NCBI GenBank assembly: GCA_946411895.1
Contig: CAMKFP010000002.1
Location: forward strand, 1-43,286
Direction: 5' to 3'
Origin: an uncultured Bacillales bacterium
GTDB lineage: Bacteria; Bacillota_I; Bacilli_A; RFN20; CAG-826
DNA: 43,286 nucleotides
The translations under genes were made by a program, and so were the position numbers. The notes beneath the pieces were generated by a model that saw only the letters and a program-made list of their open reading frames with translations, was not told where the DNA came from and made no database searches. Below are positions 34,979 through 42,521 of this stretch, in pieces. The stretch's first letter is position 1, and each line of letters begins with the position of its first letter.

Positions 34979-35965
34979 CTATCTAGCGTGTTTTTTAATG
35001 TAATCAACGACTTTATCAACTGTGGTAAAGGCTAAGCCAACATAGGTGTCGCTCGCTCCATAATAAAGAGCAATACGACCAGTTGGGCCGTCCACTAAAG
35101 CACAGGTTGGGAAGATGACGTTAGGAACAAAGCCAACGGTTTCGTATGGCATTTCTGGGGTCATCATAAAATTCTTGCAACGATATAAGACTTTGGATGG
35201 ATCATCTTTATCTAAGATAAGTGCACCGATGGAATAGATATAGCCACTACAAGTGCGATTAACGCCATGCATAAAGACTAGCCAGCCATCATCGAGTTCA
35301 ATTGGAGCTGGTCCAGCACCAATCTTAAGTGCGCACCACCATTCATAACCTCTAGTGGCGACCACTCTATGTCTACCCCAATAGGTGAGGTCTCTACTTT
35401 CAGAAAGGAAGATATCACCAAAAGCGGTATGCCCAGAATCACTTGGACGAGAAAGCATTAAATATCTATCATCAAACTTTCTTGGGAAGAGAACACCATT
35501 TCTGTTATATGGAAGGAATGGATTATCCATCTTCACGAATTTCTTAAAGTCTTCTGTGATAGCAATAGAAATAGTTGGTCCACAAAGATCATCGCACCAA
35601 ATGATGTAGTATTTATCTTCAATTGGGACGACACGTGGATCGTATTGATAGTTGGTGTCTGGGATAGCTTCGCCTTTTTCATTCACAAAGTGAATCATCT
35701 CTTTTTCAAAGGTGAAATGGATGCCATCTTTAGAGTGACCAACATATAAATGAGGAATATCGTCGATGTTATCACCACGGAAAACACCGATGAATTCATC
35801 TTTAAAAGGGACAAGAGCACTGTTGAAGACACGAGAAACATCCTCAATAGGATGACGATCAATAACTGGGTTTTTGGAATATCTCCAAATAGGGCCTTCA
35901 AATCCTTTTGGACATTCTTCCCAAGGCATGTTTTTAACTGCCTTTGCGTTCACTAATTTACTCAT
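34979..35965 (-). CDS. GH130 beta-1,4-mannoside phosphorylase (Uhgb_MP/BT1033-like, GH130_2-type)
   Basis: The protein shows near-continuous motif identity with the GH130_2 phosphorylases I recall. Matching segments are VFNSALVPF, YDPRV, NRNGVLFPRK, MLSRPSDSGHTAFGDIFLSES, KIGAGPAPIE, GYIYSIGALILDKDDPSKV, VPNVIFP and TGRIALYYGASDTYVGLAF. There is no signal peptide. Confidence 0.92.
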   Translation of the reverse strand: MSKLVNAKAVKNMPWEECPKGFEGPIWRYSKNPVIDRHPIEDVSRVFNSALVPFKDEFIGVFRGDNIDDIPHLYVGHSKDGIHFTFEKEMIHFVNEKGEAIPDTNYQYDPRVVPIEDKYYIIWCDDLCGPTISIAITEDFKKFVKMDNPFLPYNRNGVLFPRKFDDRYLMLSRPSDSGHTAFGDIFLSESRDLTYWGRHRVVATRGYEWWCALKIGAGPAPIELDDGWLVFMHGVNRTCSGYIYSIGALILDKDDPSKVLYRCKNFMMTPEMPYETVGFVPNVIFPTCALVDGPTGRIALYYGASDTYVGLAFTTVDKVVDYIKKHAR

Positions 35966-35968
35966 AAT

Positions 35969-37000
35969 TTAATTCAGTCTTCTAACAGACTCCCTTTCTA
36001 TGAAATCGCAACGAATCGCGAATTCAGAATATTGTGGTTTATTATCTTGTTTTAATCTAAGGATATATAAGCCAATCTCATCACCAATTTGTTCACGAGG
36101 AACGTTGAATGTTGAGAGGCTTGGAGAGGCATATTTACCCGCTCTCACGTTATCAAAGCCAATGACGGAATAATCTTCTGGGATTCTCTTTCCAAGGGCT
36201 TGAATAATCTTATAAACGTTAAGTGCGACAATGTCGTTAGCGCAGACAATCGCAGTCACTTCTGGATGTTCGACTAAGAAGCTTCTAAGCATCTCATTGT
36301 CACTATATTGGAGGTCACTGTTATCAAAGATAAGGGAGTAACCTTTCACTCCACTAGCCTTATTCTTATCCACGCATGAGAGGAAGCCTTCATGTCTCTC
36401 TCTAAAGCTGAATGAATGGGAATCACTACCATAGAACGCCATGTTCTTATGGCCATATTTGATGAGTGTTTGAGTTGCTTCAAATACGGATGTGTAGTTG
36501 GAGTATTTAATCTGAGTGGTACCTGTGTAATGTAAATACTTTGGATCCACTTCGATGATTGGTTTATTCATCTTCTTGAGTTCTTTAAAGATGGAATCAG
36601 GGTTCTTATGTAGAACGATGAACGCCATACATGTATTTTCTTTTAGACCTCTCACAGCATCTAAATCGATGTTGTTAGAGTCGAATACAAAGTATTCCAT
36701 CTTGATGGACGCTCTATTGAGAGCGGCATACATGTTCTTCAGAATTGGTTGCCAGAAGTCTTCTTTAAGCAAAATAGCTTGAGAGACAATCACGACGACA
36801 GATGTCTTTTTGTTTTTCTTGGTTCTGAGTTTGTCGAAGTCATAACCGAGTTCGACAGCCTTTTGCATAATCTCGTTACGCTTCTCATCACCAACATTAT
36901 ATTTACCCGCTAAAGCTCGTGAGACTAATCCCTTAGTCACGCCGCACTCTTTAGCGATATCTTCTAACCTTACCTTACGCGCCACAGTTAATTCCCCCAT
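35969..37000 (-). CDS. LacI-family transcriptional regulator
   Basis: The N-terminal HTH is VRLEDIAKECGVTKGLVSRALAGKYNVGDEKRNEIMQKAVELGY, followed by a periplasmic-binding-protein-like sugar domain. The gene overlaps the upstream gene by 13 nt. Confidence 0.92.
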   Translation of the reverse strand: MGELTVARKVRLEDIAKECGVTKGLVSRALAGKYNVGDEKRNEIMQKAVELGYDFDKLRTKKNKKTSVVVIVSQAILLKEDFWQPILKNMYAALNRASIKMEYFVFDSNNIDLDAVRGLKENTCMAFIVLHKNPDSIFKELKKMNKPIIEVDPKYLHYTGTTQIKYSNYTSVFEATQTLIKYGHKNMAFYGSDSHSFSFRERHEGFLSCVDKNKASGVKGYSLIFDNSDLQYSDNEMLRSFLVEHPEVTAIVCANDIVALNVYKIIQALGKRIPEDYSVIGFDNVRAGKYASPSLSTFNVPREQIGDEIGLYILRLKQDNKPQYSEFAIRCDFIERESVRRLN

Positions 37001-39048
37001 GGAGACATATCGTTATAGATGTAAACATCATCAACATAGATATATTGTTTATTTCCACCATTCTTTGTGGTGATAGAGAAACCATAATATGTTTTGGTTG
37101 TATCTAATTCGATCTTGTATTCAGTCCAATCACTGTCTTTCTTAATGGTTGTTTCAAGCGTTTTTCTAAAGTTAGCATCCTGTTGATTGCTTGGGATAAC
37201 TTTAGAAGTGCTATAAACACCAACAGCAATAGTCATATCGGCGACGTTACCACCTTTAATCCAGAAGGAGAAATATTTACCTTTAAAGCCTTTAGTAGCG
37301 CCAACATATAAATCCCATGTCATGAATCTCATCGTGTTTGTATTACTCTTTAAAGCAAAGGATTTATCGCCTGTATGGGCAACGTCTGTGCTAAGATCGT
37401 TATAATCTTTCGTACCCATAAGTCTCCAGTTTTGTCCGCCAACCGGTGAAACAGTTCTATCAGAATCTTGATTATAGAAGTCAGCAAAGTAAGCCGCTCT
37501 TAATCCACTATATTCGCCATCTTGATGGCTTTGGTCGAAACCAACACCGGTTTCATCATATGATTCGAAATCATCCATTAAGGAAATGGATTCTAGTCTA
37601 GCATTAGCGATTAAAGTAGCAATGCTACCAGTCACGGATTCAACACTCATGGTATTTCCGCCGTCATCGGATACTAAAATAGCATCAAAATCCATACCTG
37701 CAGCAGTAGAGACAACACGCATTTTATTAACGGCAGTTTTCACTAAAGAAACATCTAATTCGGTTAATCTATTGTTGTAATTTACCGCTAAAACTCCACT
37801 ATTTTCACTATCAATTCTTAAATTGCCAGATGCGGCATCGCTTTCAAAAGCATAGCTGCTAGCAAGTATTAATTTTGGAGTAATTTTTTCGATTGTGGTT
37901 TGTTCAACCTCTTCAGGAAGTAAAGCGACATCATCAAAATAGGCATAGGCTTTATATCCTTGATCGTTATAGTTGGCGCGAATACGGAATTGGAAAGAAT
38001 CAAAGAATGGGAATAAATCTCCAGGATTCTCTACGACAAAGCCGGCTTGTTTGATCATGCCAGCAACTTGGCTAAATGGATAATCTTGGCCATTGAAATT
38101 AATCTTCCAACCAGCATCATCCATTCTAACAGTGTAGGAGGTCCATTCTAATGGAACAGAACCAACAGTGTATTTAAGATAAACACCATTTAAATTGACG
38201 CCACCAACGATAAGATTGTGTTTGATTTGGAAAGATAAAACATAGTTAAGACCATCGCTATTCGCTTTAGTCTTGAATGTGAAAGTTTTAAAAGCATTCT
38301 TAATGCTGATTTCTTTTTCAAACATGAAATAAAGGCCGTGATGCCACAATTGCATTACTACGCCTTTTCCAGTTGTATAAGCTAAATTATCGTTATCTAA
38401 ACTAATTGTGCTTCCAGCTGGAACCCAGTTGCCATCATATTTAGTTTTGACATATTGTTCGTTAAGATAATTATCGCTTGATGCACTTCCATCTTCGATG
38501 ATTGCTGGTGCACTTCCCAAGGAACTACCAAGGATGGTTTTGGTGATTTGACCTGTATAGAAGGTTTTGGTTTGTTCGTCTAAACCATCAGATGTACGGA
38601 CTGTATAGATACCAGAATCTGTGATTGTTATTCTATCTTCAGTTGTGCGAACGAATTCACCATCATCGACGGCATATTCCATGGCATAGCAGTTCCCAGA
38701 CCAGGTAATATATTCACCATCACTATGGATATCATCAAATACAGCAGCGACAGTTGTGTAGTCGAATTTTGCAGGGTTGCTATGTTTTTCTTTTTCGTTA
38801 ACCGCAGTAATAGAAACACGGTGTTCCCCGATGCTTGTGGAGAAGTCATAACCGGTGTCTTCGGTGGTAATGACATATTCATCAACACAAATCTCATATG
38901 AAATGGCACCTTCAATAGGATCCCATACAAGACCAGTAGAGTTTTCGTTAACTTTTAATTTTGGTGTAGCAAGCGTTGAACCATCCGTTTTGCAAGCAGT
39001 CAAAAGAAGGGCACACGCCAAAGATAAGCACAAGTTTGTTTTTTTCAT
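36988..39048 (-). CDS. 686-aa surface lipoprotein: Fn3-like module(s) plus CBM-like modules, ending in a DDF-type module
   Basis: GAGGAA (39055-39060) lies 6 nt before ATG 39048 (MKKTNLCLSLACALLLTAC, lipobox). The track's 39087 start is a GTG lacking a signal peptide. The C-terminal 195 aa (nt 36991-37575) are homologous to aa 280-475 of the 840-aa protein. Confidence 0.85.
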   Translation of the reverse strand: MKKTNLCLSLACALLLTACKTDGSTLATPKLKVNENSTGLVWDPIEGAISYEICVDEYVITTEDTGYDFSTSIGEHRVSITAVNEKEKHSNPAKFDYTTVAAVFDDIHSDGEYITWSGNCYAMEYAVDDGEFVRTTEDRITITDSGIYTVRTSDGLDEQTKTFYTGQITKTILGSSLGSAPAIIEDGSASSDNYLNEQYVKTKYDGNWVPAGSTISLDNDNLAYTTGKGVVMQLWHHGLYFMFEKEISIKNAFKTFTFKTKANSDGLNYVLSFQIKHNLIVGGVNLNGVYLKYTVGSVPLEWTSYTVRMDDAGWKINFNGQDYPFSQVAGMIKQAGFVVENPGDLFPFFDSFQFRIRANYNDQGYKAYAYFDDVALLPEEVEQTTIEKITPKLILASSYAFESDAASGNLRIDSENSGVLAVNYNNRLTELDVSLVKTAVNKMRVVSTAAGMDFDAILVSDDGGNTMSVESVTGSIATLIANARLESISLMDDFESYDETGVGFDQSHQDGEYSGLRAAYFADFYNQDSDRTVSPVGGQNWRLMGTKDYNDLSTDVAHTGDKSFALKSNTNTMRFMTWDLYVGATKGFKGKYFSFWIKGGNVADMTIAVGVYSTSKVIPSNQQDANFRKTLETTIKKDSDWTEYKIELDTTKTYYGFSITTKNGGNKQYIYVDDVYIYNDMSPWGN

Positions 39049-39096
39049 AGTGTTTTCCTCTGGCCTTATTGTCGCATGCGAAAGCACGAGAAAAGG

Positions 39097-39134
39097 ATAA
39101 ACAACTAGTAAACAAACCTAGTATTTGGTAAACA
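39097..39134 (-). promoter_or_regulatory. Three phased direct repeats of GTAAACA (plus strand; TGTTTAC on the coding strand), candidate transcription-factor site
   Basis: The repeats are ATAAACA 39097-39103, GTAAACA 39108-39114 and GTAAACA 39128-39134, with start-to-start spacing of 11 and 20 nt. The first repeat is 49 nt upstream of ATG 39048. The same architecture occurs at 42287-42325. Confidence 0.45.
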
Positions 39135-39175
39135 TTCAAATAAGTTTATAAAAAGTTTTCTAAATTTTGAAATGT

Positions 39176-39793
39176 TTATGAAATAACCCATTCGAGGTTA
39201 TCGTAATTAAGGTATGTTTTTTCCCAACAATTATGGTCACACTCTGGATAGACTGTAAGCGTCACATCTGCACCGTTTTCTTTGAGTTTATTGAACATGT
39301 TGTGAGAGTCCTGGACATAGACTGCTTCGTCATTTTTCCCATGGAAAATACGAATTTTGATGTCCTTTAAGCGGCCAGCATTCCAATACATACCTCCACC
39401 ACAACAAACTATGGCTTTATGGAACAAATTTGGTAAACACATCATAAGTTGATAAATGCCATATCCACCCATGGATATACCTGATCCATTAAAAAGAGCC
39501 TGATTAGTAAACTTTTCATTGTAGATATGTTTACAAAGTTCCATTAATGGGTTAAAGATACAGTACCAGGTGTCTTCATGACATTGAGGGAAGACACAAA
39601 TACATCTACTCAATGGGGAATCCCCTTTTTCTAAAATATCGAGAATTACAGAGTTAGTAAAGTTCTCAAAATTCTTTCCGCGAGAACCTGCTCCATGAAG
39701 ATGGAAAAAGACAGGATATTTTTCTCCTTCTTTATAGTTTTTTGGATAATAAATGAGGTATTGAATTCCCTGGAATTCCTTCTTTTCAGTCAT
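39176..39793 (-). CDS. Cytoplasmic alpha/beta-hydrolase esterase (CE1-like/carboxylesterase)
   Basis: The nucleophile elbow is GISMGGYG. The acid region is HGKNDEAV and the histidine is in CDHNCW. There is no signal peptide. The gene overlaps the upstream gene by 8 nt. Confidence 0.82.
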   Translation of the reverse strand: MTEKKEFQGIQYLIYYPKNYKEGEKYPVFFHLHGAGSRGKNFENFTNSVILDILEKGDSPLSRCICVFPQCHEDTWYCIFNPLMELCKHIYNEKFTNQALFNGSGISMGGYGIYQLMMCLPNLFHKAIVCCGGGMYWNAGRLKDIKIRIFHGKNDEAVYVQDSHNMFNKLKENGADVTLTVYPECDHNCWEKTYLNYDNLEWVIS

Positions 39794-40556
39794 AGATGTT
39801 GTATCCTTTGTTATTCTCTAATGCTTCAATAGCGATTTCTTTTAGCTTTTCGATTTCTTTTTTCTCTACTGGAGGGGTGACATCATCATAGGTGTAACCA
39901 CTTGGAGAGAAGTTCTTTAAATCAATGTCAGTTCTTCCGGTGAAATACATGACCCAGAGAATACCCGCAAGGGTCCTTCCTCTTTCGTTTAAGTGATAAC
40001 CATCACGATTAAGTTCATCGCCAAAGACTAAACGGGCTAATCTAACTGCTTCTCCACTAGGGATGATGTATTTAATCTCACTTCTTTTAGAAGCTTTAAT
40101 ATAGGCATCTTTGATGTCTATATCCATGGCGTTTTGATCCATTGGATTGCTGCCATATTTATCATGTGAGAAAGTTTTCGCATAACTCCATGTTTTGTGA
40201 AGTAGATATGTTGCGTCCGAATACTTTCTGATGCCCTCCATTAACAAAGTTAACTCAGGGAAGAAAGTGCTCACATCACCAGAATCACCACTTCTTTGTT
40301 GGAAGGTGATGTAGTCATATTTGGTATAGGTGAGCCCTTCAAAGATATCACACCACATCAGAGGAGTCTTGGCTCCATTAACGTAGAATTCATAAGCCTT
40401 TTCTTTAGAAAGATAGTTCTTATAGTGAAGATCAATTGGGCAGCCAGGAATATATAAAACATGGATGTCTATATCTTCATCTATCGCTTGAGCGATTTGA
40501 TGAACATAAGTTGAAGCATCAACCGCGAAAGAATTACCAACACAAAGTATTTTCAT
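39786..40556 (-). CDS. Cytoplasmic DUF4886 (SGNH-like) hydrolase
   Basis: The motifs MKILCVGNSFAVD, ITFQQRSGDSG, HKTWSY, IPSGEAVRLAR and RDGYHL match the domain embedded in the 1044-aa surface protein. The start is coupled to the upstream stop as TAATG (40554-40558). Confidence 0.82.
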   Translation of the reverse strand: MKILCVGNSFAVDASTYVHQIAQAIDEDIDIHVLYIPGCPIDLHYKNYLSKEKAYEFYVNGAKTPLMWCDIFEGLTYTKYDYITFQQRSGDSGDVSTFFPELTLLMEGIRKYSDATYLLHKTWSYAKTFSHDKYGSNPMDQNAMDIDIKDAYIKASKRSEIKYIIPSGEAVRLARLVFGDELNRDGYHLNERGRTLAGILWVMYFTGRTDIDLKNFSPSGYTYDDVTPPVEKKEIEKLKEIAIEALENNKGYNIYD

Positions 40557-42241
40557 TATTTGAGTAGCTCCTCAATTTGCGTAAGTAGTAATTTATATTT
40601 TTCTTCGTTCTCTTTAAGAGACTCGCCCTTAATCGAGAAATAGATTTTAATCTTAGGTTCAGTTCCGCTTGGGCGGACCACTAAGGATGTATCATTAGAA
40701 AGCTTGATCTTGATGACATTGGATTTTGGTAATCCGTTTACTCCTTTGGTGTAGTCAATTGTTTCTTCGGTAATATAGCCATTAAAACTGACTGGTTTAT
40801 TCCTTAATGTTTCCATAATCTCTTGCATCTTATTGAAGCCTTGAACACCTTCGAAAGAGTAGGAATTTAAGAAATTAGAGTAATAACCATATCTCTGATA
40901 TAACTCATCAAGTTTATCGAGCAACGAGATACCTAGATGTTGATAATAGGCAAACATCTCCACAATCATAAAGACACCGTCAACGGCGTCCTTATCTCTC
41001 ACATATGAGCCACTTAAGTAACCATAACTTTCTTCAAAGCCGAAGATATAGGATTTCTCTTTGCCTTCTTTTTCAAGCATTAAGATTTGTTCACCGATAT
41101 ATTTAAATCCTGTAAGGACTTCTTTAACTTCTACACCATAATGTTTAGCGATTGCAAAAGCCATATCTGTGGTCACGATTGTTTTAATCGCAACTGGTGA
41201 AGCAGGCATTTTATGATACTTCTCTCTTTGAGAGCAGATGAAATCAAGAAGAAGAATGCCCATCTGATTACCAGTTATTAAAACATATTCACCAGTCTTC
41301 TTATCTTTCACTGCGGTACCCACTCTATCGCAATCAGGGTCGGTTGCAATTAATAAATCAGCGTTATTCTTAGTGGCGTATTCCATGCCAAGTTGCATAG
41401 CTTCTTTGATTTCTGGATTTGGATATGGGCAGGTTGGGAAATTACCATCAGGCATTTCTTGTTCCTTTACTACAATGACGTGGGTATAACCACTTTCTTT
41501 GAGGATTTTTGTGACTGGTTTTAAGCCTGTTCCGTTAAGTGGGGAATAGACAATCTTTACACCCTTATCAACCTTGTCTTCAAAAAGGACGCTTTCCTCT
41601 TGCACACGTTTAACGAATTTATCGAGTAAACTCTCATCAATAAATGACACCATTCCATCATTTACTGCTTTAGCAAAATTCTCATTGTTTACATCTTTAA
41701 ATGGATCGATCTTTTCAATCTCCCCTAAGATTTCTTTTGCAGCTTCCACAGTAATCTGACAGCCATCTTCTCCATAAACCTTGTAGCCGTTATATTTGCT
41801 TGGGTTATGAGAAGCGGTGACCATAATACCACCCGAGCAATGTAGTTCTCTAACTGCATAAGAGAGGTTCGGAGTGGGCATGAGTTCTTTATAAATATGA
41901 ACCTTGATTCCATTCGCTGCGAAGACCTCAGAAGCTGTCTTAGCAAACACATCACTTTTAATACGAGAATCAAAACTCACTGCAATTGACGGGTTTTTGT
42001 AATGATTTTTCAAATAATTTGCTAAACCTTGAGAAGCTTTTCGAATGACATAGATGTTCATTCTGTTGGTGCCCGCACCGATAACTCCTCTTAGTCCACC
42101 AGTACCAAATTCTAGTTCACGATAAAAGGCGTCTTCGATTTTTGAAGGGTCACCTTTAATAGCTTTTAACTCCTCAACAAGATCTTGGTCTTCTGTGGCG
42201 TTAGTCAGCCAGTATTTATAAATTGAAGCAATGTTTCTCAT
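40556..42241 (-). CDS. Alpha-D-phosphohexomutase (phosphoglucomutase/phosphomannomutase, PgcA-type)
   Basis: The catalytic Ser loop is TASHNPSKYNGYKVY, the metal loop is DPDCDR, the sugar loop is GFEESYG and the phosphate loop is RPSGTEPKIKIY. GGAG (42250-42253) lies 8 nt before ATG 42241. Confidence 0.93.
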   Translation of the reverse strand: MRNIASIYKYWLTNATEDQDLVEELKAIKGDPSKIEDAFYRELEFGTGGLRGVIGAGTNRMNIYVIRKASQGLANYLKNHYKNPSIAVSFDSRIKSDVFAKTASEVFAANGIKVHIYKELMPTPNLSYAVRELHCSGGIMVTASHNPSKYNGYKVYGEDGCQITVEAAKEILGEIEKIDPFKDVNNENFAKAVNDGMVSFIDESLLDKFVKRVQEESVLFEDKVDKGVKIVYSPLNGTGLKPVTKILKESGYTHVIVVKEQEMPDGNFPTCPYPNPEIKEAMQLGMEYATKNNADLLIATDPDCDRVGTAVKDKKTGEYVLITGNQMGILLLDFICSQREKYHKMPASPVAIKTIVTTDMAFAIAKHYGVEVKEVLTGFKYIGEQILMLEKEGKEKSYIFGFEESYGYLSGSYVRDKDAVDGVFMIVEMFAYYQHLGISLLDKLDELYQRYGYYSNFLNSYSFEGVQGFNKMQEIMETLRNKPVSFNGYITEETIDYTKGVNGLPKSNVIKIKLSNDTSLVVRPSGTEPKIKIYFSIKGESLKENEEKYKLLLTQIEELLK

Positions 42242-42259
42242 AAGAATATCTCCAGTTCA

Positions 42260-42265
42260 ATTATA
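42260..42265 (-). promoter_or_regulatory. Perfect -10 hexamer TATAAT for the phosphohexomutase operon, no recognisable -35
   Basis: Minus-strand TATAAT lies 18 nt upstream of ATG 42241. The hexamer at the 17-nt spacing reads ACCGCA. The nearest GTTTAC repeat ends 21 nt upstream. Confidence 0.4.
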
Positions 42266-42286
42266 CGTTGCACTTAGGTATATGCG

Positions 42287-42325
42287 GTAAACTTCTTGTA
42301 AATATTTATCAAAAAATTGTAAACA
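42287..42325 (-). promoter_or_regulatory. Three phased direct repeats of GTAAAC (TGTTTAC on the coding strand), candidate activator site
   Basis: The repeats are GTAAACT 42287-42293, GTAAATA 42298-42304 and GTAAACA 42319-42325, spaced 11 and 21 nt apart. The first repeat is 46 nt upstream of ATG 42241. Confidence 0.45.
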
Positions 42326-42521
42326 CAGGAAACAACTCTATTTATTAGACAATTTTAAGTCGTTTTTCAAGTTATTTTTTGACCATTTTTTTAATGTTCT
42401 TACATTAGGAAATTTCTTACAAAATATCATGTAATTTTTCTATCATTTGCTTTATCATTTTTGTTGTGAGAGTACCGCAATAAAAATGCGGGAAAACTAG
42501 AGGTATCAAACAAACAGAATT

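Noticed and set aside
39039-39045. A7 or A6 tracts sit immediately after start codons (39039-39045, 19258-19264, 16683-16688) and could act as slipped-strand phase-variation switches.
   Set aside because: They simply encode the Lys-Lys of signal peptides (ATGAAAAAA...). Seven bases or fewer is short for efficient slippage, and the window shows no frameshifted copy.
2710-39087. The track gives longer upstream starts for five genes: TTG 2710, ATG 16712, TTG 20927, 27331 and GTG 39087.
   Set aside because: In each case a downstream ATG has a proper SD at 6-9 nt, or begins a canonical signal or lipoprotein peptide (16691 rests on the signal peptide alone). The longer form would bury that signal peptide or overlap the upstream gene.
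39072-39095. I looked for a CcpA cre site (WTGNAANCGNWNNCW) in the two promoter regions.
   Set aside because: The closest strings (TGCGAAAGCACGAG and its complement) violate the conserved AA and CG positions.
19572-41973. The remaining 60-117-aa track ORFs are embedded in minus-strand genes (for example 20451-20696, 21548-22067, 25881-26107, 27629-28287, 32306-32659, 34044-34866, 35385-35956, 38628-39139, 41574-41973).
   Set aside because: All overlap a much longer ORF that has recognisable family motifs. None has its own SD or conserved motif.
42299-42308. A perfect palindrome TAAATATTTA lies in the phosphohexomutase upstream region.
   Set aside because: It is a pure A/T palindrome, which is expected by chance in AT-rich intergenic DNA. 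It is better explained as part of the GTAAAT direct repeat.
42466-42493. A small hairpin CCGCA-ATAAAAA-TGCGG upstream of the 42522 ORF could be a riboswitch or attenuator.
   Set aside because: The stem is only 5 bp, and I see no conserved riboswitch core (for example c-di-GMP or T-box) in the surrounding sequence.
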